Shown here piece by piece: positions 24,740 to 37,625 of a DNA stretch of 64,000 bases (positions are counted from its first letter, which is position 1; each line of letters opens with the position of its first letter). Location of the stretch: positions 230,828,001-230,892,000 of the forward strand of contig NC_058368.1 in assembly GCF_018350175.1 (NCBI RefSeq), read 5' to 3'. A program made the translations under genes and the position numbers. The DNA comes from Felis catus (Eukaryota). The notes beneath the pieces were generated by a model that did no database searches, was not told the origin of the DNA, and saw nothing but the letters and a program-made list of their open reading frames with translations.

Positions 24740-25558
24740 TGTGTGGTGTTCTACGATTTTTATTTGGCTCTAGGACATGCATATTCTTTTCAAGTACTGT
24801 ATGTGTGTGTGTGTGGGGGTGTCATATAAGTTATATTCAAATTAATATTATTTAAAACCTCCATAATATAGTAAGAAATACCTTGGATGTTACAAAGTCA
24901 AGAATGCCGCTCTCCCTTTCTGAGCAATATCAACGATGGAAAACAAATTCTGCATAGTGAGTACGAATATAAAAACTCTCATCCATCAGACAGACAGCAT
25001 GAGAAGACATAACGTACGGGCCAGTCTGGAATAAAGAAGCAATGTTCACCACAGTGATTGATAGGTGGGGTTATTTCAATACGCTATAGGATAGCTCATG
25101 GATTCCGTGAATTCTCATGAAAACTCCCTTTGTAGTAGTAACACTACATTCTACGGTATGTTGAGGCTTACAGGGCAGGACGGTGGCCAGCACAGGGTTC
25201 TCTCGGGTCTCCAGGTACCAGCCACCGATTCCCATGCTTGGCCTTTCGCAGACTGGGTTTCTCCATGGATGAGGGCGGAGAAGTCCTTGGGTCTCAGGAT
25301 CTCGTGGACGGTTAATGTGCTGAGGCAGAGCTACATGGAGCACAGGCAGCACTCAATCCTGATCTCACACCAGTCTTGGGGGAGGTTAGTGTTCACCTCT
25401 CTGAGGGAATGTGCAGATAAGGAAACAGGCTCAGAAAGCTCCAGGGATGTAGCCCAGGGTATAACATTCACACATGGAAAAGAGGGTCTGCATTTCCTGT
25501 TCCTTCTTCCAATACTTTTTCCAGTGCTTACAGTATTCACATTAAGAAGTATCTTACA

Positions 25559-25778
25559 GGGGTGCCTGGGTGGCTCCGTCAGTTGAGTGTCCAACTGCTG
25601 GTTTCCACTCAGGTCATCATCCCAGGGTTATGGGATCGAGCCCCAAATCAGGCTCTGAGCTGAGGACAGAGCCTGCTTAAGATTCTCCCTCTCTCTCTGT
25701 CTGTCTCTGTCTCTCTCTCCCTCTGCCCCTTTCCCCTGCACACTCTCATCTAAAATAAAAAATTTTTTTTAATTGAAA
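25559..25778 (+). mobile_element. Can-SINE, full length
   Basis: 15-bp TSD aagaagtatcttaca at 25544-25558 and 25779-25793. Confidence 0.95.
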
Positions 25779-26406
25779 AAGAAGTATCTTACATTCAGCA
25801 CCATTTCTTCCAGCACCATTTGGGATTGGGCAAGTCTACTTAGAGAAGAAGGGGGAAATAGCTCACAAAACTCTATTTGGAAGGCGGGAGAAAATGGTAT
25901 TGGGGCTTCAAAAATCCAGCTTCTGGTCCCAGTGTGCAGTCGAGAGTTGTGTCCCATGTCAACCCAACAATCCTTTCTTCTTTCTGTCTGCTTTTGTTTT
26001 TCTTGGTAAAAAAAACCTGCCTTGCTCTCAGAATTACAGTGAGCTTCAAATAAGATTAGTCACCCAGCAATTCTAACAAAATCTGAGTGTGCATGGCCAT
26101 ATAGAAACTTTCCAATGGGTGGTGCCTGGCATTTATCCTCAGGCATCTGGGACTGGTGAGGCTGGACACACCCATGCATATGCATGTGAGCGTGCACACA
26201 CACACACACACACGCATGCACGTACACACATGCATACACAAACGTGTTCACAGCGAGAGCAAATGTTAGAAAGGACAAGCGGCCATCTGTACTGATGTTG
26301 CCATTCTCTGCATAGTCCTCATTCACTGCTCTTCATTTTGGTAACAATTGTGGGAAATTAAATGCATCCATGCTCTGGAGTTATGAGCGAGAATATCCAT
26401 TGAGTG

Positions 26407-26600
26407 CTTTTTATTTATTTTTTAATGTTTATTTATCTCAGTTTTGTGAGAGAACGCAAGCAGAGGAGGGGCAGAGAGAGAGCGAGAGAGAATCCCAAGC
26501 AGGCTGCACGCTGTCAGTTCAAAATCATGAACAGTGAGATCATGGCCTAAGCCAAAATTAAGACTTGGATGCTTAACCGACTGAGCCACCCAGGCATCCC
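26407..26600 (-). mobile_element. Can-SINE with internal deletion, inserted in L2-like sequence
   Basis: Ends gcttaaccgactgagccacccaggcatccc. Degenerate TSD ttgagtgcttt / ttgaacgcttt. Confidence 0.9.
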
Positions 26601-28249
26601 TTGAACGCTTTTGATGTGCCCACCTTGGTTTTGGGTGCTGAGCATGCAGTGGACAAACTGGACAAGGTCTCTCCTCTTTGGGGGCTGGCACTCAACCAGT
26701 GCTAGTCAGAGGAGACAGACAGCTGACACCCAGAAGACGGATGAGGGATTCTGGAGGAGGATGAGGTGCCGTGAAGACAAAGGGATGAGAGTCACGTACC
26801 TAACTGGCTGCTTCAGATCTGGTGGGCAGGGGAGGCCCTATGGAAAAGCTGGCTCCAGAATAAGAAGGATTCTGGGGGGATAATCTGGAGGAAACAGTTC
26901 CAGGTGGAAGGAATGGCTAATGCTAAGGCCCAAAGGGAAGAATTGGCTTATCACACTCGAGGAGTATCAGAAAGGCCAGGGTGGCCAGACGGGCCACGAG
27001 GGATGAGCTCCTAGAGGTGGGCACAGCCCCCATCACACAGGGCCTGGGAGGCCACATGTGCTGGGGGTTGCATTTGGCCACATGTAAAGACACCAACCAC
27101 AGGGACTTGATCTAAATGGTCTGGAAGCGGGTCCATTGCTCTGCGGAGCCCCCCCCACACACACACCCGACCAAGAACCTCAAGCCCGTGTATTCTGCCA
27201 CCCTGAGCACATGGCATTCATGCCCTTAGTTGCCTCACAGTTGCAATAGGATTGCTCTGCTTTGCACCTGCTGTCTGAATTCGAGGCAGTGTGAGCCACG
27301 AGGTCAACACGAGAAAGAGCAGTTTTCACACCAAACGTGCAAAATGTTGCCACAAATCTCCCAACAAACCTCCACTTACATTTCCATGGCAGAATGTGCC
27401 CTCCCCTAGCTGCAAGGGAGGCTGGGAAAAACTCAGACGGTTTTTTTCCAAGCCAAGTTCCTTACACAACCACATTTTCTTCAGTAGTAATGCTATTGAC
27501 TAGGCAGGTACCCCACACCGTAGTCTGGATGCTATTCTAGGTGGAAAGGTATTTGGGGCTAGGAGCGAGAATCAGAAATGCTGCTTTGAACATGTAAAAC
27601 TAGACATGACTATCACTCCAGAGTGTTCCAGTCAGCGTAGTCCCAGAACAGGCCTCAGGGCAGCCCGGTGGGGCCACCAAGGTCCTTGAGTAGCTTGACT
27701 CCCTCCTCAGAAGCCTCTTTCTTTTACCCCAGGGTTCCCTAGCAATGCCACATGCCCCTGAAGACGTCATCACTCTTCACATGCAGCTTTATGTCCCACT
27801 AGGGGCAAAAATGCTGCCAATTAAACTATAACACAATGTTTTCTAGAATTATTTTATACTTCTTAGAAACGGTTCTTTCAGAATTATTAAGACATGAGTC
27901 TTTACATAGCACTCATGCACATACATAAAAAGGAAAATCTTCATACAATTAATTGGTTAGGTATCCTTAAAGGTTCTTTCCATTCAGGATCCATATCCAG
28001 AGGGTCTGTGGATTTTCTCACTGTCCCATTTAGAGTGTTAGTGATGGCTCACCTCTTAAAAAGAGCGCCCTGCTATTTATTTCGGATTTTCTTCTAAGCT
28101 GCTGACACCTGTCTGCGAGTTTTGATGTGAATGAATGGAAAAGAATGACAACTACATCATGACGGCCGCCTGGCCAACAACTATGTTGCTATTAATGCTA
28201 TTGAAATGTGGGGAGAAAGCCCCAGTGGGTAGAACATGCATATGTGCTG

Positions 28250-28880
28250 TGATGCACACTTAGGCAGCGTTGGGTTAGGCACCCAGAGGTCAAGGAGACA
28301 GTGGGAGTCTGAAGCTTAGTGGAGAAACAGGGGTAGAGAAATGGGTTTGCAGATTTGTTATCCGTAAGTAAATGAATGACAGTCATCCCCATGGGCCTGC
28401 ATGTTGCCATAAAACAAGATCCAGACAGAAGAAGGCTGATGGTGAGCCTTAGAATATTCAAACGTCTATAAATCTAGAAATAAAGCCAACACACCTAACA
28501 GAGTTAGGAGGAGGCTAAGGAGGAGAGGGACGGTCAGCCAGGTCAATGCTGACAGGCCAAGTAGGATGAGATGGAAAGGTGACCACCGGATTGGGCAGCA
28601 TGGAGGTCATAAGTAACCTTGATAAAAGAACCATGCCTGTTTGAGGGTAACCTCGGGGGCAGCTGGATTGGACTGGGCTGAGGGGTAAAGGGGGAGTGAG
28701 GTGTTTAACCTCTTTGATCAGTTGTATTGCCAAGGGTAGGATGTACAGCCAAGAGAGACGATGGTATTTCCTTTCCTCAAGACACTGGGCATGTTTGAAC
28801 GCTAATTCGGCAAGGCGGGATGGATGGTGCAGGAGAGGATACCTGCAATTGCAAAGCGCTTGAGAAGGCGGGAGTGATGC
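28250..28880 (-). mobile_element. Ancient L2 fragment
   Basis: ggattgggcagcatggaggtcataagtaaccttgataaaag...ctggattggactgggctgagg, L2-like. Confidence 0.55.
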
Positions 28881-29129
28881 GAAGCAGGGCACGAAGGCTA
28901 AGGATCAGCTTTGGACAGAACCCAAATCACGCCCCACAGCACGCCGGGGGGCACAGAGGCAGCAGCGCAAGAACTCAGTCCTGGTCCCTGGCTTCACAGC
29001 GCCGTGTTTCTCCTGGGGGCTGCGGGGGGCACTCCCATATGCAGGGTCTTTGAGCAAATCCCTGCAATCCTCAGGCTCCTAGTCGGTCCCACGTGGGGTC
29101 TCATTTCCGCACATAATTAGTCGCTCCAA

Positions 29130-30000
29130 GTGTGAGCAGGGTGTGCACTCCTGGCCGCGGGCCGGTTCCCAGACAACCTGCATCACCCTCTGCGCGCGCC
29201 ACGCCGGCGGCAGTTTCCGCACCTCCGTCACCGCCCCTCCGGCGGGGGGGCGGGGTGAAGCGCGGCGCGAGAAGGGGCCACCCTCCCGCTGGGCCCTTTC
29301 GATCTCCTGCCGGAGTCTGTGCCAGCATCAGCCCCGCCTCCTCTAACCGCAAACACCCCACCCTCACCCTCCTTCTTCCTCTCGCGCCCGCGGCCGCAGC
29401 TTCCAACGTGGCCCTGCCAGCCGCGCATGCTCAGTGCACAGAGCGGGGGGGAGGAGCCGGGGGCGGCTGGGCGGGGCCGGGCGCAGTGAAGACAACGCGC
29501 AGCCGCAGGCAAGGGGGACGCGCCACGTCGGCGCGCGGCGGCCGCGCCCCCTCCCGGCGACCGCAGTTGCTGCCTCCGTGCGCGGCCCCGCCGCCCCCCG
29601 CGCGCGCCTCCTTCGCAGCCCGGCGCTCAAGCTCGCGCGCGCCCCTCTCCCGGCTCGCGAGCCCGCCGTGGTCGCCGTCGCCGTCGCCGTCGCAGCCCCT
29701 CGAACGCGCGGTCGCATCATGTCTTCGCCTCCCGAGGGGAAGCTAGAGACGAAAGCCGGACATCCGCCCGCCGGTACTGACTCGTTCCCACTTTCTCTCC
29801 CGCCGCGGGGCGCGAGGGCGGGCTCGAACCTGCGGACGCGGGGCGCGGAGGGGGCGCCGGGCGGGGGCGTCCGCCCCGGCTGCGGGGCGCGGGGGCCGCT
29901 CGGGGGCTCCGCTCGGGGGCTCCGCCTGGGCTCCGAGCGCCCCCGGCTTCGCCGGCCCGTGGGAGTTGCATGCAAATCAGAATGATTGGAAGAAAGTCGC
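29130..30000 (+). promoter_or_regulatory. DAP: CpG-island promoter, 5'UTR and start of intron 1 of DAP
   Basis: Very GC- and CpG-dense and free of recognisable repeats. GC boxes (GGGCGGGG) near 29248 and 29469, NRF1-like GCGCATGC at 29423-29430, no TATA box. The exact TSS cannot be read from sequence. Confidence 0.9.
29719..29773 (+). CDS. DAP: Death-associated protein 1, coding exon 1 (aa 1-18 plus first base of V19)
   Basis: ATG at 29719 with A at -3, inside a CpG island. Translates MSSPPEGKLETKAGHPPA, identical to the mammalian DAP N-terminus as I recall it. Ends G|gtactg (phase-1 GT donor at 29774). Confidence 0.97.
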
Positions 30001-32466
30001 TTGCACAACTTCCCCCGAGAAAGTTTGGGCCGAGTGCGTACTTAGAAGGGACAGACAGATGTCTTAGGAAAACGGGCAGCCGGAACGCTGAAAAGTCCAT
30101 GTGTGTCGTGTCGTGGTGACGATTAATTGTAGGCTGACAGCATTTCGTGCGGATAAAAGAACTAGAGAAGCGGAAATAATTTTTATCATTAATCACTCAG
30201 TGTGATTCCCCCCTCCCCTTCCCGACTTTCTTTCGCATCCAGCTTTTTCTTAAAAGTTTTTCCTCGGACTTTTTTTGTTGTTGTTGCAAATCCTGAACTT
30301 ATGAGCCAAGGAAGTTAATTAAATCCAGGATAAAGAGTCAGCTTTCTCGAGAAAAAAAAAAACCAAAAAACAAAAAAAACGAATCTAAGCAGACTTTTTA
30401 AGTTCCTAGGGCCCACCTCTTCCCTCTCGGAGCAGGGTTCCCGTTTGTTCTTTCGACTCTGTCCAAATGGGTCGCTGTCTCTGGAATGACAATCGATCCA
30501 TATGGAAGGACACAGGGAGAGACTCAAAGGCTACCGGCGCCTCTGTGTGTGTGGGTCTTTCAGAGTCTAAACTGTACAAGTTAGTGTTATGAACTCAGCC
30601 TTCTAGTAACAGAAGCCTTAGGGAAACGTGGCTGCTTTCTGTGCCCCATTTGGGCCCATTCTTGTTCCAGTAGAGTCGCCTAATCGCCATCTGCTGTCCT
30701 CACGTTAGGACACTAAGTCTCTGCCTCAACAGGGGCAACAGAGCAGTTTTTCAATAAGGTGCATTCCAGAGTAGGTAATATTTTTCACTGGTGAAAAAAG
30801 CTCTCAACAACAGGAAAGCTAACTGGCACTAGGGAAGAAAAATGGCTGACTGCCGTATGGGGACTTAGGAGGCGTGGGATTTGGGGAAGACAGGCTTTGG
30901 GGCCATTTGTATTGCATTAGTTACAAAAAACAGGACCTCAGAGGGATTTCTTTTAAAGATAACTCTGACCTTGGATTCCTCCTGTTAGGGATCCACGTCC
31001 AGCTGCCTGCTCACCTGGGCGGTTCTGCAGGAAGGAACCCCTCCAGTTGCAGTCATGTCCTTGGACTATGTGGCATTAGTCTGCCCATGGCTCCCCTGTC
31101 CCGGGGGAATGAGTGGCATTAAAGCGTATCTGTTGGAATGATACCAAATCCACGTAGCAGTAATTAAATTGCATGGAGAGACATATCCATATGGAGATTT
31201 TTAAGATCAGAGGTATAAACTGTACATTGTTAACTCCCTGGGAGAAATTTCTTAAAGGACTCTGATTTTCTGTGAATTTTGAACAGCTAAGGCTTTGCGA
31301 ATTACGAACTGAATGGCTTATTTATGCCCTGAGGTGCAAGGAACCAACTTTTGTGCTGGTGAGCAGTGAACCTGGGGTTCTAAGTTTTGAGGCCTGTCAC
31401 TTCTCTGGGGCTTACTTTTCCTAATCTTTGAAATGGGAGGGTTGGGCCAGCTGACCTTCCTCTGGGAAAGCCCAGGACACTCTTCAGCTCAGTCCCTTCC
31501 ATCCATCAGGATCAGAGCCAAAGGGCGTTTAACCCCACAGGTAAACTCAAGTGACTTCAGGACAGGTCCTTCAGCCTTTGGGTTCCCAGTCAAGAAGGAG
31601 CTGCTTAGGGATCTGTCACTGTTATTCTGCATTTTCTGAGACTGGTCACTCTTGGCCAGAGTCAGAGGAAAGGCCTGGCATCCTGGCCCAGGGGCGCAGG
31701 TTAGAAAGGGGCCTTTTGCTTTCTACGGCTTGGCTTGCGGTATTTTGTTTCCCAGTAGTGCCCCTCAGCGCACTCTCCCAGATCACAGAGTTCCCTGCAG
31801 GGTGAGCTTCAGGGTCTGCTTGCTTACTCCGGCCAGAGAGTAGGAAGCTCTGCAGAGTAGATGTTATTAAAGAATTTAAAAAGAAAGAAAGAAAGAGAAA
31901 GAAAGAAAAGAAAGACCTGCTATAATAAAGAATAATCATCAAAGATAGCCAAGAGCACCGTTCATAAATCAAATAACAACCTTAAAAACTTTAGGAACCC
32001 TCTCATTAAGTGCTTAAGTTGGATGACAAAGACTTGTGCCTACATCCTCAATCAGAAACAATAAAATTCTCTCCCATGACTGTCTTCATGTTCTTTTGTG
32101 TTTTCTCGTTATTGCTGTCTGCACCAGGGACCCTCCTGTGCATCCCTATGACATTCCGTTTCCTTACTGTCACACTTTCGTGCGCCTGTCTGCCTGTCTT
32201 CTCCTTGCTTCTGCCTGGGACTTACTGAGATCTTCATCCCCGGGGGCTGGCACAGTGTCAGGCACAAAATAATAAATAGCTCCCTAGTGAGTTTCTCCCA
32301 AGCCAAGCCTCTTCTCACCTCTCACTTTCCCCAGACAGAGCATGCAGGATGCACAAGGTCCCTGAACTTCTGAGCTGCCTCCAGTGAGTCGTAGTGATGC
32401 AGGGAGGCTGTGAGCCAGTTTAGGTAGCATCTTAGCAGCGGAAGTAGTAACCAGCCTGTGCTGAGT

Positions 32467-32670
32467 GTTACCGTGTGCCAGTGTTTCCCTCCACCCTTCT
32501 AAATTCTTGGCTGAGGACCCTCCTACTGCTCACAAAAGACGGACTGACAAGAGAAAAGCCAACAGAAGTTTGGTAACACAGATGCCTCCTGTACTTATGG
32601 GAGAGACCAAGGAAAACGGAGTAGCTCCCCAAAGTGGCGCAAAGCACCACCTTAAATACCAGCTTCGGGG
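32467..32670 (-). mobile_element. ERV1 LTR fragment (MER34-like)
   Basis: cccttctaaattcttggctgaggaccc...aaaagacggactgacaagagaaaagccaacagaagttt...atgggagagacc resembles the MER34-family LTR 3' end on the reverse strand. Confidence 0.5.
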
Positions 32671-35600
32671 CAAGACTGGTGGAGGCATCACCTCCCACGC
32701 TGCAGTGCTCCTGTCATCCTGGCCCGGCCCTTGGCAAAAGTAATGAAGTCTTAATGATTGGAGACCCCGCCACTGCTCTCAGCTACAAAGTATCTGCGGA
32801 GAAATGGGCTGAGACCGCTCGTTTTATGAGCATTCTTGCAAATACAGATTAGCAAAGTTAGAATTAGCGAGGTTCTGTTGCATCACACAGCAGGACCAGT
32901 GCGCCACGGCAGAAAGGAGAACGTAATTATCAGACACACTGTTACTCATTTCTGCCTGTCTTCGGGAGTTTGTGGCAGCGACGTGGATAAAATCTCACTC
33001 TTCAATACATTTTGCTGGCCCCGTTCCCCTCCATCTCCCAGGGTAGCCAAAACCATATGTCAGTAAAGTTCTCGTAAATCTATGGGATAGCTTTGAGCGT
33101 TACTAATTTTACGTATGGTTTTCTTTGAAAAGTAGACTTCCCATCCCTTCTAGAGCTGAGTCGTACGGAAACATAAACACGACTGTATTTATTTAAAGTA
33201 AAACGGGAAGTAGACTACTTTTTTTAGTAACTTCACGATAATTGAATTCTTTGTTACATCAGTCACTCAAATGTGAGTTAAGGATGCATTTAAAAGATTG
33301 TGGGTGATGGTTCTCCCTAAATCATCTCCAGAAGGTTTTTCATGTTACCGAGGCCAGTGTATTGCTAGCAATGAAAGACTAATTTGTCTTTTATTGTATT
33401 AAAGCGTAAAGCCACAGATTTGCCCAGCTTGCCCCCAGTGCCCTCAACCCAGTCACTGATTAACGCTGGAAGAATACAGGGAAGAGGTCTGCCTTCGCTC
33501 CTGACATGCCAAGAAAAAGAAAAAGAAAAAAAAAAGACCCCTCTAGTCACTGCATTTTTTTTTTCAGACGCTTCAAGTCGGGGTAGAACGCAGCATTTCT
33601 AAAACACGGTTTAGGTTTCACTTTGCTCTTCAGGACTTTGCCTCGTGCTCTGTGTATGTTCCTCCCATTCAGGATGACGCCCCGTGCGTTCGTGCTTGGT
33701 TCGGGACATGCTTTCCCCTTCCCCGCTTGGGGAATCTTTGTGTTTATATAGGGAACACTCACTATTGTATCAAGTACTGTATTAGTCCCAGTTATATTAA
33801 AAGTATGAAGTATTAATTACAGTTCTATCAGTAAGTCCAATAGTGCTCACTGTCGTAACAGACACCCCGGAATCCCAGGCTGAACTGGTCGAGGTTTGTT
33901 TCCCTTTCGGGCAGGCGGCCCTCCCACAAGGAGCAAGTGCAGGGGCCGGGGCCCCCGCTGGCATGGCCTGTGCGGAGGGGACAGTGGGTGTAGGCCATGG
34001 TGTGGGGGCTCACGGTCACACCTGTGACTTCCACGTGTCACTGCATCACTTTTCTTTGGCTGCTATAGCCAGCCTTGGCCAGAACCCAGTTCAGTGGCTC
34101 CAGCCCACCTGCAAGGGCGGCTGGGGTGGGGAGTGAACCCCTAGCCTTATGCTCCAGTTGCTAGTGCCAGGTTTCTCTGCTGGGCTTCCAGGCTCGGACC
34201 CTATCCTCCCTGCACTTTTAGGGACTGGCTTCCCTAAACTGAAGGATACCCGTGTGGCTGCCCCCACCCCCTCCTCAGCTTTGGCCCAGGCTGCCCAGCA
34301 GGGTCCCCATCCTGGTCCAGTCACCGTGCAGTTTGTCCTTTGGGTCACAGCCCCGTTGCAGAATGGAGCGCACACGGCTGTGGAGGGCAGCCCGGCCTGT
34401 CTAGGTCTGATCCAGAGCTCCAAGGCCCTGGCCATCACGCCATGACCCTGAACTTCATTTCTACCCCTGGAATGTGACCGGATTGCCCTGTATAATGTCA
34501 GGGCCTTGCCACCTTCGTCTTCGATTCTAAGCACAGAATAGCAGTTTCCCTCCATTCTTCCTCTGCTCTCTTAGGGATCAAACCATCAGGGGTAAGTTTG
34601 GAAATTTTTCAGGGGCTCATTTTTTAGCACAAGTCATTGCTCCCCCACACACACACACTCCCCCCACCTCCGTCCCGCCTCCTGTGGACCTGGAAGCCCC
34701 TGTCAGGACTGCTGGCCAGTGAGTTCTCCGTGCCTGCTCCTAGGGAGCTGTAGCTGCTAACTGCCGTGGACCTTGCTCCTTTGCCCTCATCTCCACCTGA
34801 CCTCCCAGCCCTGGGGGGCGGGGTGGGGGCCCCGGCTCACCTGCCCTGCCTAGATTATTGGGTTTGCTCCTAACCTACAACTTCGGCTGGCTTCTGGTCT
34901 GGTTTCTTTTCTTCTCACCTGAACAGTTCTGGGACCCTCGCACCCCTTCTTTTTGCTGGACTAGCTTTCCCTCGAATAACATTTCAGCGGCTCTTGTCAG
35001 GTAAAAACAAAGGTGCGGTACACTTTTCACGATGTGCTGGGACACCTGCAGTTAGTGCTTTGGGCATATTTGTGTGAAACGGGGGCTGAGACGTGAGTAA
35101 TCCTAGGGAGAGCCTTCTCGTCCCCCTGCCCGACTTCCGGCTGTGGGGCCCTCTAGCCTGCTACTGAGCAGGGACAGAGAAAGCCGCCAGCGACCCCCTT
35201 ACAGCCAGCACACCCCGACCCCTGAGGGGATGCCCCGGCCACAGGAGAGTGTGCTCAATATGTCCCCCCTGGCAAAGTCTGACCAAGGAAGATGCTTCCC
35301 CCCCCTCCCTTTACCCCTGAGGCAGGAAGCTCTCTGCAGAGAGCTTTGAAGGTCAAACTCATGGTCTTCCCCAGCCTGGTGGCAGTAATCAGAGCCTGCC
35401 CGGGCCATCACTGTGTCTTTCTATGCGGTCCGTGATGCTCTCTGTCTTCTGGAAGGTCCAAGCAGAGAAAGGCCTGCAGGGTGCGGCTAAGGGCACAGGC
35501 CGCAGGGCCGGATCCGGCTCTGTGCTGGCTTGGCCCGCCGGCTCCCCCCGCCTCACCCTCGGGATCCACCCCGCGGTACCTGTGAGGTGGGAGATCACGA

Positions 35601-36760
35601 GGCCAGTGGTGAGAACGGTGCCTGCACCTAGCCGTATGGTGAAATGGTGAGGAAGAGTGAAGCTGAAGAATGAGCCGGGATCTGATTCCCCGGAAGCTTC
35701 CACACTTAGGTGGTGACACACTGACAACGGTCCTGCTGTTGGGTAGCTGACCACATCGGCGGAGCGCTTTACAGGGTGTCTCCCCCTTCCCCCATCCCCC
35801 ATCCCCACAAGCCTGGACCTTCATCCCGTCTTACATCTTAGGTGACTGTCATGAGGGAAAGGACAGCACCGAGGACACAGGCTGTGGAGGTCTAAGTACT
35901 AGATGCTGAGGGTTAAAACCCATTTAATAGGAGCAGCTACCGGCCGAGCCCTCGCCACGTGCCAGGTGCTGGGGGAGCCGTGTCACATGGGCTAAGTCAT
36001 TTAGTCCTCCTCACCCCCTGCTGGGAGAGCACGGTCTCCCCTTCCTCCCAGATGGAGCACCCTGAGCCACAGAGAACGGCAGCAACACACACACACCGGC
36101 GAAGAGACACGTGTGTGCACGCACACACCCGGGCAGAGCCAGGATTGGAACCCAGGGATCTGACTCCAGGATCATGCCCCTGACGTGCGCACAGCGCTTC
36201 CAAGAGGCATCTGGGATTCTTTCATTTGAGAGAAATTCCGAGTTCTTTTTTTCCTAATGTCTCCTAAAAATACTCACGTTTGCAAAGATTTCTGCAAAAA
36301 TAACTCTGGCCTTTGTATTTTTTACAAATGAGGAGTTCTAGTGACGGCGATAAAACAGCCACAACAAATGCTGTCATAGATTTCGGCAGTTATCGCCAGT
36401 TGAAATGAATCTGTCTCGGTGTTGAGTTATTATTATTATTGCCACTTTTTATTCCTGCATGAATCACCACACACGCTGTGAGGGATTGATGAAGTTCATT
36501 GTTTTTATAAACCAAATTAAATGAAGTGCTAACGGAGGGGGGGGGGTGACAGCCTTGACGTGTAGTGACTTCGACAGAGCCGTGGAGCTTTGGACTGGCT
36601 TATTTCAAATGTCGACTGGACCTTCATGGGCGGCTTTCTTTGTATGGTGATACAGCCCTTTTCACTTTCGTCCATTTCTAGAACATATCTGTGAGCTGTA
36701 GTTTCAAAGTGTTATGTCTGCCAAGTTGACACGAGTCAGGCATTGTTTTTTAAACGGGCC

Positions 36761-37125
36761 TGAGTATTAGTCACCTCCAGCTGCTGTAACAAAATCCCAC
36801 AGGTGGGGTTTCGTTTTCTCAAAGTGCTTGGAGACTGGAGGGCTAAGATCAAGGTGCTGGCGGGTTTCTCCTGAGGCCTCTCTCCTGGGCTTGCAGACCT
36901 CTGTCTTCTTGCTGTGTCCTCGTGTGACTTTTTCTCTGTGGCGGCATCCCCAGCGTCCTTTCTTTCTCTTAGACGGACACCAGCCCTGTTGGATTAGGAC
37001 CCACCCTAACAGCCTCATTTTAACTTCCTCACCTCTTTAAAGGCCCTATCTGCAACTACATTCTGAGGTGACAGGGCTGAGGGCTTCAACATGTGAACTC
37101 GGGGGACACAACACAGCCCATAATA
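36761..37125 (-). mobile_element. ERVL-MaLR solo LTR (MLT1A-like)
   Basis: gctgctgtaacaaaatcccacag...aagatcaaggtgctggc...ctgaggcctctctcctgggcttgcaga...ggattaggacccaccctaa...cagcccataa. Confidence 0.85.
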
Positions 37126-37201
37126 CCTTTGATCGATTTCTAATGGGTGTGGGCGAAGGGTGGGATATATGGGGAGGAAATGAATTTTAAAAAACTTTAA
37201 A

Positions 37202-37402
37202 GGGCGCCCGGGTGGCTCAGTTAAGCATCTGACTTCGGCTTAGGTCATGATCTCGCGGTTTGTGGGTTCGAGCCCCACGTCGGGGTCTGTGCTGGCAGCT
37301 CAGAGCCTGGAGCCTGCTTCAGATTCTGTGTCTCCCTCTCTCTCTGTTCCTCCCCTGCTCATTCTCTGTCTCAAGGTGTCTCTCAAAAATAAATAAACTT
37401 TA
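37202..37402 (+). mobile_element. Can-SINE (host of a nested insertion)
   Basis: Head gggcgcccgggtggctcag, (CT)n tract, tail interrupted at 37402. Confidence 0.95.
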
Positions 37403-37625
37403 TTTTTTTTTTAATTTTTTTTAATGTTTATTTATTTTTTGAGAGAGAGATTGACAGAGTGTGAGCAGGGGAGGGGCAGAGAGAGAGGGAGACACAGAAT
37501 CCGAAGCAGGCTCCAGGCTCTGAGCTGTCAGCACAGAGCCCGACTCGGGGCCTGAACTCACAAACCGTGAGATCATGACCTGAGCCGAAGTCAGGCACTC
37601 AACCGACTGAGCCACCCAGGCACCC
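37403..37625 (-). mobile_element. Can-SINE inserted antisense into the tail of the previous SINE
   Basis: 18-bp TSD aaaaataaataaacttta at 37385-37402 and 37627-37644. Confidence 0.95.

Noticed and set aside
29132..30196. Long overlapping ORFs (204, 214, 183, 159 aa) on both strands
   Set aside because: They are by-products of the CpG island's scarcity of stop codons and are low-complexity R/G/P/A. Only 29719-29773 matches a known protein.
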